NCBI GenBank assembly: GCA_003649205.1
Contig: QMRC01000002.1
Span: 160,001 to 224,000, forward strand
From: Thermoprotei archaeon
Lineage (GTDB): Archaea; Thermoproteota; Thermoprotei; Thermoproteales; B15-G16
DNA length: 64,000 nucleotides
Direction: 5' to 3'
How positions within the stretch are numbered: the first letter of the stretch is position 1; each line of letters begins with the position of its first letter. The notes under the pieces were generated by a model. The model saw only the letters and a list, made by a program, of their open reading frames with translations. It ran no database searches and was not told the DNA's origin. The translations under genes and the position numbers were made by a program. Positions 1 through 8,577 of this stretch are shown in pieces.

Positions 1-399
1 TAATCTACATAGCTTCTCTAGGTGTGGTAGTCCTGGTTCTGGTACCTTACCGACTACCCTTACGTATACTCCCGGTCCTCCAATTATGACTATTGCGTCG
101 TACTTCGTAGCTAATTCACTTAGCTTGTCCTCTATGTCTATGATGTAGTACCTATACGGTATGTCTATGGTCTTATTCATAGCTAGTACGTCTATGGTTG
201 CACCTGCTCTCTCAAGTACTTCTCTAACTGGTTGGTACTCCTTTGGTTGGTATCCTTCAAATAGTACGATTAATACCTTCTTGCCCTCTACCTTAGGTAT
301 TTTCGCTGGTATTGATGTTTGTATGTGAGTTAGTGTTAGGTAGAGTGCAGTAGCTATGATTATTATGGTGATTACTATGGCTAAGACTACTTTCTTCAC
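1..399 (-). CDS. DJ-1/PfpI-family protein with N-terminal signal/membrane anchor (3' end runs off the window)
   Basis: Manual translation from GTG at 399 (GGTGA SD upstream): MKKVVLAIVITIIIIATALYL...KKVLIVLFEGYQPKEY...YDAIVIIGGPG. No stop before position 1. Not in the ORF track. Confidence 0.75.
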   Translation of the reverse strand, partial: MKKVVLAIVITIIIIATALYLTLTHIQTSIPAKIPKVEGKKVLIVLFEGYQPKEYQPVREVLERAGATIDVLAMNKTIDIPYRYYIIDIEDKLSELATKYDAIVIIGGPGVYVRVVGKVPEPGLPHLEKLCRL

Positions 400-441
400 A
401 TCAATCACCCTGAGTTTTGGTGCGTAACTGATGTTTAAGTT

Positions 442-897
442 CTAGCTCATGGCTTTGCCTCTCCTCTCGAGCTTCTTCGAGATCCATCCTTCATTTACTT
501 CTACTAGTTCCCATTCCTTCTTGAATTCTTGAAAGTACTTCTTGGCTTCTATCCAGAATCCATTGTCGTACACTACAATACCGTGTTCGAGGGCATCTAG
601 TACTGCTATGTCGAAGTTCTTTAGTGCTGTGTAGAACTCGTCTTCTGTGTATATCCATGGTTGTACCATTGGGGTGTGGGGCATAAGCTTGAATCTCTCT
701 AATCCCTTTGGTGCTGATTTGAGTACGATGAGGATATCTATATCGCTCCAAGGTTTCCAGCATCCTCTAGCTCTAGAGCCAAATACCACTATTGACCTAA
801 CGTTACTTCCTAGTCTCTTCAGTACTTCATCCCTAAACTTCAGTACGTAGACTCTGACATCTGTACCGAGTTCATCAGTACCTAAGTACTTAAGCAC
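442..897 (-). CDS. Minimal nucleotidyltransferase (MNT) antitoxin-type protein
   Basis: GSRARG...SDIDIL pol-beta NTase motif; overlaps the HEPN gene. Confidence 0.85.
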   Translation of the reverse strand: MLKYLGTDELGTDVRVYVLKFRDEVLKRLGSNVRSIVVFGSRARGCWKPWSDIDILIVLKSAPKGLERFKLMPHTPMVQPWIYTEDEFYTALKNFDIAVLDALEHGIVVYDNGFWIEAKKYFQEFKKEWELVEVNEGWISKKLERRGKAMS

Positions 898-1265
898 CTC
901 ATCACCTCCGATACAACTTTTCTAGCTAATTCAATAGCTTTCTTAGCTACTGTCTCCGTGTACTCGATTCCATATCTCTTCCTAGCGTCAGGATAACGTG
1001 AAGCGTAGTAGTGTATCGTCAATTCTCTAAGCTCTTCATCACTCACTGTTAGCTCTAGTCCATATGCTCTAGCTCTTGAGTACAGTAGACATAGGTCATG
1101 TATTCTGAGGAAGTTGCCATGACGTAATAGGTATGCTTTGAGAATGTGTTGAATAGCTTGTTCAGCGTGAAAGCAAGCATATGCGTAATCTCCTACATAA
1201 TACCTCTCCTCTGCTCTCTTGAGCTCTGAGCGACTACTCTCAATCCAGTCCTCTACTGTAGCCAT
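882..1265 (-). CDS. HEPN domain protein (HEPN-MNT pair)
   Basis: ACFHAEQAIQ, IHDL and SRYPD motifs typical of archaeal HEPN proteins; directly upstream of MNT. Confidence 0.85.
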   Translation of the reverse strand: MATVEDWIESSRSELKRAEERYYVGDYAYACFHAEQAIQHILKAYLLRHGNFLRIHDLCLLYSRARAYGLELTVSDEELRELTIHYYASRYPDARKRYGIEYTETVAKKAIELARKVVSEVMRCLST

Positions 1266-1284
1266 CTCTTCTCCACCTACTTAA

Positions 1285-1333
1285 TCAGCTCAAATCGCTT
1301 TAATCACCTATCATCAAGACCAATCTTCATCAT
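1285..1333 (-). ncRNA. Box C/D sRNA candidate
   Basis: Minus strand reads ATGATGA-agattggtcttg-ATGA..GTGATTA-aagcgatttgag-CTGA; intergenic, about 50 nt. Confidence 0.7.
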
Positions 1334-1359
1334 CGAGGGTAGGTGTGGTTGATACCTAC

Positions 1360-2334
1360 TTAAGCTTTCCTGCATTGTTTCATCGACTCTATGATCTTGA
1401 CTACTTCTCTAGCGAGTTTGATCTTGGATTTTAGATCAGTCATTACTATGTTGCTTGTGATCACGTAGATTTCGAGTTCCTTACTTATCCTCTCGCCTAC
1501 TTCTCTATCTCTCACATCTACTACCATGGCGTCTACGTAGTCTCTAAGTATTTCAGCTACTGAGTAGCTCGATGGTTCGTAACCTATTGCTTTTAGGAAT
1601 TTATGGAGTGGTCCTGAGAATGGTCTATTACCTACTATTGGTGATATCGCTACTACAGGTACTTCACCGCGTAGCTCCTTTATCTTCTCACCTAGTCCCT
1701 GTACCTTCAGTATAGGTAGTATGCTATTTACCGTGTTACTTGGTCCTATGATTATGGCGTCTGCTTGTTCTAGTGCTGTGATTACGTCTCTTGTTACCTT
1801 TGCTTTCTCTAGTCCTAGGAATGTTATTCCGTGTACTTCAGGTTCCATTCTGTACTTGACTAAGTACTCCTGTATGTGGAGGTTACCTATGTTCGTGAGT
1901 ACGTAGGTTTCTACGTGGTTATCTGTTGCTGGTAGTACTGTGGCTCTGATACGTAGCTTACTTGCTAGGTACTTCGTTACCTGCGTTAGTGTGTACCCTC
2001 TCTTCATGAGTAGTGTCCTTGTAATGTGTGTTGCTAGGTCTCTATCACCGATGTTGAACCATGTCCAGTCTAGTCCGTACTGTTTTGCTTGTTGTAGGAA
2101 GTTGAAGGTGTCTTCTTTGATTCCCCAGTACTTACCTGTATCGAGGATGTTTGCGAAGAGGTATAGTACTGTATCTACGTCAGGTGCTATGTAGAGGTCA
2201 TTCCACCAGAAGTTATCTGCTACGTTGACTACGACAGTTATATCTTCTTCAGGGACGACATGTCTTAGACCTTCGAGTAGTTTGGGCGTTCCTGTTCCAC
2301 CGCTTAGAACTACGAGCTTCACCTTGATTCCCAC
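1360..2334 (-). CDS. cofD: 2-phospho-L-lactate transferase (F420 biosynthesis)
   Basis: LSGGTGTPK, PDVDTVLY, WFNIGDRDLATH, IIGPSN motifs. Confidence 0.93.
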   Translation of the reverse strand: MGIKVKLVVLSGGTGTPKLLEGLRHVVPEEDITVVVNVADNFWWNDLYIAPDVDTVLYLFANILDTGKYWGIKEDTFNFLQQAKQYGLDWTWFNIGDRDLATHITRTLLMKRGYTLTQVTKYLASKLRIRATVLPATDNHVETYVLTNIGNLHIQEYLVKYRMEPEVHGITFLGLEKAKVTRDVITALEQADAIIIGPSNTVNSILPILKVQGLGEKIKELRGEVPVVAISPIVGNRPFSGPLHKFLKAIGYEPSSYSVAEILRDYVDAMVVDVRDREVGERISKELEIYVITSNIVMTDLKSKIKLAREVVKIIESMKQCRKA

Positions 2335-2430
2335 TTTGTTTGTGTTGCTTGGGATTTTTAGTTAAGTGCCGTGTCTACTCCTTGGGGTAGGCTCAAATAG
2401 ATGGGTTGTTACTTGTGTTGAGGGGTTGGG

Positions 2431-3408
2431 ATGTGTTCTCAAGTCTCTATCTCTATCCTGGTTGAGCGTGGTCTATGTTCTAGCTGTGGTGCTTGTGCTG
2501 CAGTGTGTCCCTTCTCAGCTATTGAGTTTCCAGAGCCTTTCTCATTACCTAGGGTAATTGGTGATAAGTGTAGGTTGTGTGGTCTCTGCTATAGGATCTG
2601 TCCTCAGGTAGGTATTGTTGATGAGGTTAGGGGGAGAGAGGTTAAGCCGTTGGCTACGTACATGGCTAGGTCTACTCTAGCTGAGGTTAGGGGGGTTGCT
2701 CAGTGTGGTGGTGTTGTCACTACATTAGCTATGTACTTACTGGATAGGAGGTTCGTTGATGCTGTTGTGTCTGTTGGTAGGGATGAGTACTGGCGTCCAG
2801 TACCTAAGCTCATTACTGATAAGTTGGGGGTTCTCGAGGTAGCAGGTTCGAAGTATACCTACGTATCGGTTCTTACATTGTTGAGAGATGTCGTTAGAAG
2901 TGATGCTATTAGGTCGGTAGCTGTTATTGGTCTTCCCTGTCATATGAGAGCTATTGAGAAAATGAGGAGATTGAAGTTAGCTGCCTCTCAGAAAGTTAAG
3001 TACCTCATCAGCATCTTCTGCATGCACAACTTCGAATATGGTGTAGTGAAGTACATTGTTGAGAAGTTTGGTCTCGATATCAAGTCCATCTCTAAGATGG
3101 ATATAAAGAGGAGGTTCATAGTTAAGTTAGTGGATGGTAGGGTTCTCGAGGTACCTCTCAAGGAGTTAGATCAGTTCGTTAGAGCTTGCTGCCGTAGCTG
3201 TCCAGAGTTTGTCTCCACAATAGCAGATGTCTGTGTCGGTAGTGTAGGTGCTGAAGAAGGTTGGAGTACCGTATTCGTGATGTCTGAGAGAGGTAGAGGA
3301 ATTGTTGAAGATGCTGTGAGAGATCAATACCTTGAGGTTAAGGAGCTACCTGAAAAGGCCATGAAGATTGTGGCGAAGTTAATCAGTATGAAGGTTGGAA
3401 GTAGATAG
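2431..3408 (+). CDS. FrhB/FdhB-family F420-dependent oxidoreductase subunit with N-terminal 2x[4Fe-4S] domain (FpoF/FqoF-like architecture)
   Basis: CSSCGACAAVCP and CRLCGLCYRICP, then AQCGGVVT, GSKY, GLPCH, IFCMHNF, CCRSC, ADVCVGSVG. Confidence 0.88.
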   Translation: MCSQVSISILVERGLCSSCGACAAVCPFSAIEFPEPFSLPRVIGDKCRLCGLCYRICPQVGIVDEVRGREVKPLATYMARSTLAEVRGVAQCGGVVTTLAMYLLDRRFVDAVVSVGRDEYWRPVPKLITDKLGVLEVAGSKYTYVSVLTLLRDVVRSDAIRSVAVIGLPCHMRAIEKMRRLKLAASQKVKYLISIFCMHNFEYGVVKYIVEKFGLDIKSISKMDIKRRFIVKLVDGRVLEVPLKELDQFVRACCRSCPEFVSTIADVCVGSVGAEEGWSTVFVMSERGRGIVEDAVRDQYLEVKELPEKAMKIVAKLISMKVGSR

Positions 3409-3468
3409 TAATAACTCAAGTAGCTAAACTTTATTTCCTGAACCAATGTCAGTTAGAGAGGGATCTAG

Positions 3469-5511
3469 TTGAGTAAGCCACTTCACGTCAAGATCGGTAA
3501 GCTCGAGTCCCCTCCCTTAGCTGCTGAGAACATTGATCTGGTCATCGGCTCTGTAGTTATTGAGGAGGAGTGGGAACCAACTGGTCCTGCTTCAAGACCT
3601 TCACTTCCAATGCTGAGGGCTTGGGATCTATTCCTCTTGAAGAGGTATGAACCTATGTACGTAGTTGAGAATAAGCTACAGCACGCAAAGACCTTACTCA
3701 CACTCACGGTATCCGGTGCATTAGCCTACCTAGCACTAGCTAAGAGAAGGCTTAGAGCTGCGTACCGTAGGTTAGGTGAGGATGCCCCAATTGAGTTAGG
3801 TGTTGCTGTTGAGGCTCCACTCACTAGGTTACTGATAGGTATTAGGCCAAAGGTATTGACTGAGCTTGAGGAGCCCCTGAGGTATGCTGAGGAGCAGATA
3901 GTCGAGATCAGTGCAGCTATCCACAGTAATCAGGAAGCTAGTATCGAGGACTTGGAGTCAAAGATGTTTCACATAGGTACAGCTACGCTACTGCTAACTG
4001 AGGTAGCTGAGATAGCTAATTTAATGCTAGTTCCGAAGGGTATTAAGGTACCTGAAAAGCTTGAGTTTGGAAAGGCACTCATTGACTTCACGAAACCTGT
4101 AGTACTTATCCTCGGTGATGTTCCTGAGGTAGTAGATGTTGTTGAGTACTGTGAGAGAAGTGGGTATATCGATAAGATCGAGATCGTGACTGGTGGATGC
4201 TATGCACTAGACACCGTTAGGGTTGGTAAGTACTTGGTTAAGGTCGTTGGTACGCTCGATGACGTTAGGGATGTTGTCGGTAGAGGACTTGTGGACGTAC
4301 TCATCGTTGGTGAGCAAGGTGCTATACCAGACATAGTTGAGAAAGCCAAGGAGAAGGGTACTGTGGTGATTACGACAACAGAGAGAGCTTACCTAGGTCT
4401 ACCAGACCTTACAGGTGTGGATACTGAGAAGATAGTTGAAGCTGTTAAATCAGGTACAGTGAGGGGATTTGCTGTCTTGGATGCACAGAAGTTAGCTGAG
4501 GTAGTACCTAGAGTAGCACTGGTAGTTTATGAAGCTAGAAAGGAAGTGAAGCCTAAAGCTCTTGAGGAGGTAAAGGAGGTCTTTAGCAGGGAGAAGTACG
4601 TAATGAAGCCACCACTCGGACCTGTTCCTGAACCTGTTATCAGGGATCTAGGTGTTCCTGTCGTGATGGGTACTATACCTGGTATAATAGCTGTTGTTGG
4701 ATGTAGTAACTATGGACCTAGCTCACTTGAGGAACTTGGTGAGATCCTTGAGGAGCTGTGTAAGAGGAACTTCCTAATCCTCACGACAGGCTGTACAGCA
4801 ATAGCACTGTCCAAGTACAGGACTAAGGAGGCAGGTCACGGGCTTTACGAGGACTTCCCAGATCAGACATTGGTGATGGGATCTCCAACAGCTATAGCAC
4901 ACATAGCTGGACTCGCACTCAAGGTACCACAGATCTTCGCTAGAATGCCGCTTAGATCAAATGCACCTGCACTAGTCGACTACCTACTTAATAGAGTTGG
5001 TGCTGTTGGTCTAGCATGGTCAGCACCGCTCGAGAGGGATGCAGCAATTGCATGGGGCGTACTAAGGTGTGGTGTACCAGTTGTTGCTGGTCCAGCACTA
5101 GCACCTGTTGGTAGGTTATTCCTTGGTGATCCAACTAAGCCAGAGAAGTACGTGATATACGACAAGAGGACGAAGAAGAAGGTATTCGTTGGACCAGTAC
5201 CTGAGCACCTACTGTGTCTAGCTAAGAACAAGGACGAAGCACTGATACTGATAACTAAGCTAGTTATGAGGGCTAACGATGGTCACAGCGCTAGGGCTAT
5301 CAAGGCATGTCACTACGTCGACATGTACAGGAAAGTACATGGAACACTACCACCAGACCTACCGAACTACATCAGAGCTGAAGCAGACATAGCGATAACG
5401 GTCAAGGACGAGGTCATGAAGTTCCTACAGGAGAAGGGCTGGAAACCACTAGAGGAACCATTGGTAGACCCAACGTGTCTACCGCTACTCCAAGAAATAA
5501 CAAGTTTATAA
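3469..5511 (+). CDS. cdhA: CdhA (ACDS alpha/CODH) homolog lacking most metal-cluster ligands; predicted catalytically inactive
   Basis: CdhA-like blocks EEWEPTGP..LRAWDLFLLKRY, GTIPGIIAVVGCSNY, DYLLNRVGAVG, PVPEHLL, DPT. Only 9 Cys and no CxxC; C-cluster motifs read GDV, GGCY, GEQG, GCSN, GCTA, GSP. Confidence 0.88.
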   Translation: MSKPLHVKIGKLESPPLAAENIDLVIGSVVIEEEWEPTGPASRPSLPMLRAWDLFLLKRYEPMYVVENKLQHAKTLLTLTVSGALAYLALAKRRLRAAYRRLGEDAPIELGVAVEAPLTRLLIGIRPKVLTELEEPLRYAEEQIVEISAAIHSNQEASIEDLESKMFHIGTATLLLTEVAEIANLMLVPKGIKVPEKLEFGKALIDFTKPVVLILGDVPEVVDVVEYCERSGYIDKIEIVTGGCYALDTVRVGKYLVKVVGTLDDVRDVVGRGLVDVLIVGEQGAIPDIVEKAKEKGTVVITTTERAYLGLPDLTGVDTEKIVEAVKSGTVRGFAVLDAQKLAEVVPRVALVVYEARKEVKPKALEEVKEVFSREKYVMKPPLGPVPEPVIRDLGVPVVMGTIPGIIAVVGCSNYGPSSLEELGEILEELCKRNFLILTTGCTAIALSKYRTKEAGHGLYEDFPDQTLVMGSPTAIAHIAGLALKVPQIFARMPLRSNAPALVDYLLNRVGAVGLAWSAPLERDAAIAWGVLRCGVPVVAGPALAPVGRLFLGDPTKPEKYVIYDKRTKKKVFVGPVPEHLLCLAKNKDEALILITKLVMRANDGHSARAIKACHYVDMYRKVHGTLPPDLPNYIRAEADIAITVKDEVMKFLQEKGWKPLEEPLVDPTCLPLLQEITSL

Positions 5512-5555
5512 GTCTCGAAGCAAGAGATTATGAAGGTGATTTACCTATCTCCAAA

Positions 5556-5569
5556 CAACTATATAGTTG
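5556..5569. promoter_or_regulatory. Perfect 14-bp palindrome containing a TATA-like core upstream of cdhC
   Basis: CAACTATATAGTTG, ending 19 bp before the cdhC ATG. Confidence 0.35.
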
Positions 5570-5588
5570 GTTAGGGTGATGTGTAGCT

Positions 5589-7010
5589 ATGTCCTCTAGC
5601 ATAGTACCCGGATTTCCCGTCGACATTGGACCTGCGTACGAGGGTCAGAGAATTAGGAGACCAGACATGTACGTTGAGTTCGGTGGACCCAAGATAGCTC
5701 AGAAGTTCGAGCTACTAAGGGTTAAGAAGTTGGAAGAGGTTGAGGATGAGAAGGTTGAGGTTATTGGACCTGACCTACCTGAGCTGAAAGAGGGTGAGAG
5801 CTATCCAATCGGTATAGTCATTGAGGTAGCTGGTGCAAAGCTCACACCTGAACTAGAGGGTGTTCTCGAGAGGAGAATTCACGACTTCCTAAACTACATC
5901 GACGGTGTCATGCACGTAGGTTCGAGAGCAGACATTTGGATTAGGATAAGTAAGAAGGCATACAGTAAAGGTCTCAATACACTGAAGCTAATTGGTCTAG
6001 CTCTGATCAAGCTATTCAAGAAGACCTTCCCAATGATTGAGAAAGCACAGGTAAAGTTCATAACAGATCTTGAGAAGGTTAAGGAGTACCTAAGTGAGGC
6101 AATGAAGGTTTACGAGGAGAGAGATAAGAGGGCACTAGCTCTAACAGATGAGGAGGTAGATACATTCTACGGCTGTATCCTATGCCAGTCCTTCGCTCCT
6201 GGTCATGTCTGCATAATAACTCCTGAAAGACCATCAGCATGCGGTGCTGTGTCCTGGTTTGATGCTAGAGCAGCAGCCATGATCGATCCCAAGGGACCAA
6301 TATTCCCAGTACCTAAAGGTAAGTGTCTGGATCCAGTTAAGGGAGAGTACGAAGGTGTTAACGAGAAGGTTAAGGAGAAGTCACTTGGGAATGTAGAGAA
6401 GGTGTACCTATACAGCATGTTCGACTATCCAATGACATCCTGTGGTTGCTTCGAAGCAGTAGCATTCTACATACCTGAGGTCGATGGTATAGGTATAGTC
6501 CATAGAGGATTTAGAGGTAAGACACCTATTGGACTAACGTTTGGTCAGTTAGCAGAGCAGGTCGGTGGTGGTAGACAGGTAAGTGGCTTCCTAGGCATAT
6601 CGATACTGTACATGAGGTCCAGGAAGTTCCTAATAGCTGATGGTGGATGGAAGAGAGTTGTGTGGCTACCGAGCGAGCTTAAGGAGAAGCTAAAGGATGT
6701 GATACCACCAGATCTCTACGATAAGATAGCTACTGAGAAAGATGTATCAACTGTTGAGGAGCTAAAGAAGTGGTTGATCGAGAAAGGTCACCCAGTAGCA
6801 GAGAAGCTAAAGGCTGCTGAAGCAGCACCCCCAGCTGCACCACCTGCCGCACCTCCCGCACCTGCCGCTCCAGCTCCTGCACCAGCACCGCCAACAGCGG
6901 TTACGGTACCAGCAGCGGCACCAGCAGCACCACAGGTACCCATTAGGATAGTGCTGCACAATGCTAGGATATACATCAAGAGAGTAGTTGTTGTGAAGAA
7001 GGGTACCTAG
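5589..7010 (+). CDS. cdhC: Acetyl-CoA synthase, ACDS beta subunit
   Basis: A-cluster motifs intact: GCILCQSFAPGHVC..ACG and SCGCFE; ADGGWKRVVW; Pro/Ala linker followed by a short C-terminal beta motif. Confidence 0.96.
   Translation: MSSSIVPGFPVDIGPAYEGQRIRRPDMYVEFGGPKIAQKFELLRVKKLEEVEDEKVEVIGPDLPELKEGESYPIGIVIEVAGAKLTPELEGVLERRIHDFLNYIDGVMHVGSRADIWIRISKKAYSKGLNTLKLIGLALIKLFKKTFPMIEKAQVKFITDLEKVKEYLSEAMKVYEERDKRALALTDEEVDTFYGCILCQSFAPGHVCIITPERPSACGAVSWFDARAAAMIDPKGPIFPVPKGKCLDPVKGEYEGVNEKVKEKSLGNVEKVYLYSMFDYPMTSCGCFEAVAFYIPEVDGIGIVHRGFRGKTPIGLTFGQLAEQVGGGRQVSGFLGISILYMRSRKFLIADGGWKRVVWLPSELKEKLKDVIPPDLYDKIATEKDVSTVEELKKWLIEKGHPVAEKLKAAEAAPPAAPPAAPPAPAAPAPAPAPPTAVTVPAAAPAAPQVPIRIVLHNARIYIKRVVVVKKGT
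6811..6940 (+). repeat. Low-complexity Pro/Ala linker coding region inside cdhC
   Basis: Encodes AAEAAPPAAPPAAPPAPAAPAPAPAPPTAVTVPAAAPAAPQVP. Confidence 0.8.
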
Positions 7011-7021
7011 GGTGTTCATTC

Positions 7022-7240
7022 ATGAGTACGAGACAGGAGGGGAAGAGGAGTACTGAGCAAGGTAGTGAACTAGGTACTGATCTCCTCAACTTCCTCCTTT
7101 CTCTTGTTGGTTTAGGAGCTACTGTTGAACTTCACGGTGTGACGATAACAGCTGAGAAGGTTGTCATAACGAGAATTGAGGGGAGTGGTAGTGAGTCAGG
7201 AGAGAAGGGTAAGGGAAGAGAGGAGAGAAGCAGAAGCTAG
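7022..7240 (+). CDS. Small hypothetical protein of the cdh operon resembling the CdhD N-terminal / CdhC C-terminal motif
   Basis: ATG 11 nt after the cdhC stop; LLNFLLSL..VELHGVTITAEKVVI aligns by eye with CdhD LLKLLST..LEFEDVVIDARELTI. Confidence 0.7.
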   Translation: MSTRQEGKRSTEQGSELGTDLLNFLLSLVGLGATVELHGVTITAEKVVITRIEGSGSESGEKGKGREERSRS

Positions 7241-8561
7241 GAAGGTTGTTGCGGATTTACTCAAGCTACTGAGTACAGCTGATAGACTAGAGTTCGAAGA
7301 CGTTGTGATTGATGCTAGGGAGCTAACTATCGAGTTCATACCCCCATCAGCTCCAACAGGTCCAACGTACCTGAAGCTAACCGTTGAGCCGGTTGGTGTA
7401 CCACAGCCACCAGGTGGTAAGCTAGAGTTCATCCTTGAGGTAACTCCAACAGGCTTTAGATTACTCACACCACCAGTACCTGGTGCTGTACCTATTACAG
7501 TACCGCCCATAGCTGCTGTCCCTAAGCTTGTTGAGTTTATTAAGGTGGAGTACAAGTACCCAAGTCTTGAGTTCAAGGGGTCAATTGCCGAGGTCAAGAT
7601 AGGTGCTACGAAAGCTGAAGGTGGTACGAGATCTACAGTTATTAAGATTGGTGGTGACAATAAGCCCCCTATCTTCAGGTTCCTAGGTTACGTAGTTAAT
7701 AGACCGAAGGTAGCACTAGACGTATTCGATACAACTATCCCACTACCTAGAGCTGTGAGAGATGCGTACGGTGATGTTCTCTCAAATCCCTATGAGTGGG
7801 CAAAGAAGTGTATCAACGTGGTTAAGGCAGATCTAATATCGTTTCACCTAGTCAGTACTGACCCCGGTATCAAAGATGTATCACCACAAGAAGCAGCTAA
7901 AGAGGTTGAGCAGATGCTCCAGACAATAGACATTCCATTCATTGTCGGTGGTTGTGGTAATCCAGTTAAGGACCTAGAGACCTTCGCGAAGGTAGCTGAG
8001 GTAGCTGCTAACGAGAGACTCGTACTGGCATCAGTTACCTTCGGTATGAATATACCTAAGTACGTTGAGGTTGTTAAGAAGTTCAATCACGTAGCACTAG
8101 CCCTCATATTCATGGATGTGACTCAGGCTAAAGCCATATGTCGTAGGTTGATGGATCTAGGTCTCAGCAAGGATAGGATAATTCTCGACCCGACAACGGC
8201 TGCATTAGGGTATGGTACAGAGTACTCCTTTAGTGCAGCTGAGAGAATTAGGTTAGCTGCTCTTAGAGGTGACGAGGATCTACAGGTACCAATGAGCTGT
8301 GCCGCGACAAATGCTTGGGCTGCTAGAGAGGCGTGGATGAAGCTAGATGCGTGGGGTCCAAGGGAGTGGAGAGGTCCTCTCTGGGAAGCTGTTACAGCTA
8401 TGACGATGTTGCTTGCTGGTGCGGATCTCTTCATGATGATGCATCCACTAGCAGCGTCCATAGTTAAGTCTGTTACTGAGTTCATGGAGAAGCAGACGGT
8501 TAGGGATGTTATTGAGAAGGAGGTTTCTGAGTACTATAGCTGGGTGACTAAGAGGTATTGA
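7176..8561 (+). CDS. cdhD: Corrinoid FeS protein small subunit, ACDS delta (true start probably GTG at 7191)
   Basis: IGATKAEGGTRS, DPTTAALGYGTEYS, ERIRLAALRGD, NAWAAREAW, RGPLWE, LFMMMHP. Confidence 0.95.
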   Translation: MRGVVVSQERRVREERREAEARKVVADLLKLLSTADRLEFEDVVIDARELTIEFIPPSAPTGPTYLKLTVEPVGVPQPPGGKLEFILEVTPTGFRLLTPPVPGAVPITVPPIAAVPKLVEFIKVEYKYPSLEFKGSIAEVKIGATKAEGGTRSTVIKIGGDNKPPIFRFLGYVVNRPKVALDVFDTTIPLPRAVRDAYGDVLSNPYEWAKKCINVVKADLISFHLVSTDPGIKDVSPQEAAKEVEQMLQTIDIPFIVGGCGNPVKDLETFAKVAEVAANERLVLASVTFGMNIPKYVEVVKKFNHVALALIFMDVTQAKAICRRLMDLGLSKDRIILDPTTAALGYGTEYSFSAAERIRLAALRGDEDLQVPMSCAATNAWAAREAWMKLDAWGPREWRGPLWEAVTAMTMLLAGADLFMMMHPLAASIVKSVTEFMEKQTVRDVIEKEVSEYYSWVTKRY

Positions 8562-8577
8562 GAGGAGGTGACCTTAC

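Noticed and set aside
3469-5511. Calling cdhA a decaying pseudogene
   Set aside because: No stops or frameshifts in 680 codons, the deletions are in-frame and confined to cofactor segments, and the structural blocks are well preserved. Kept as a CDS, pending dN/dS.
6788-7019. Minus-strand Gly/Ala-rich and Cys/Trp/Arg-rich ORFs and an apparent tandem repeat
   Set aside because: Antisense shadows of the CdhC Pro/Ala linker; not a CRISPR array or a separate gene.
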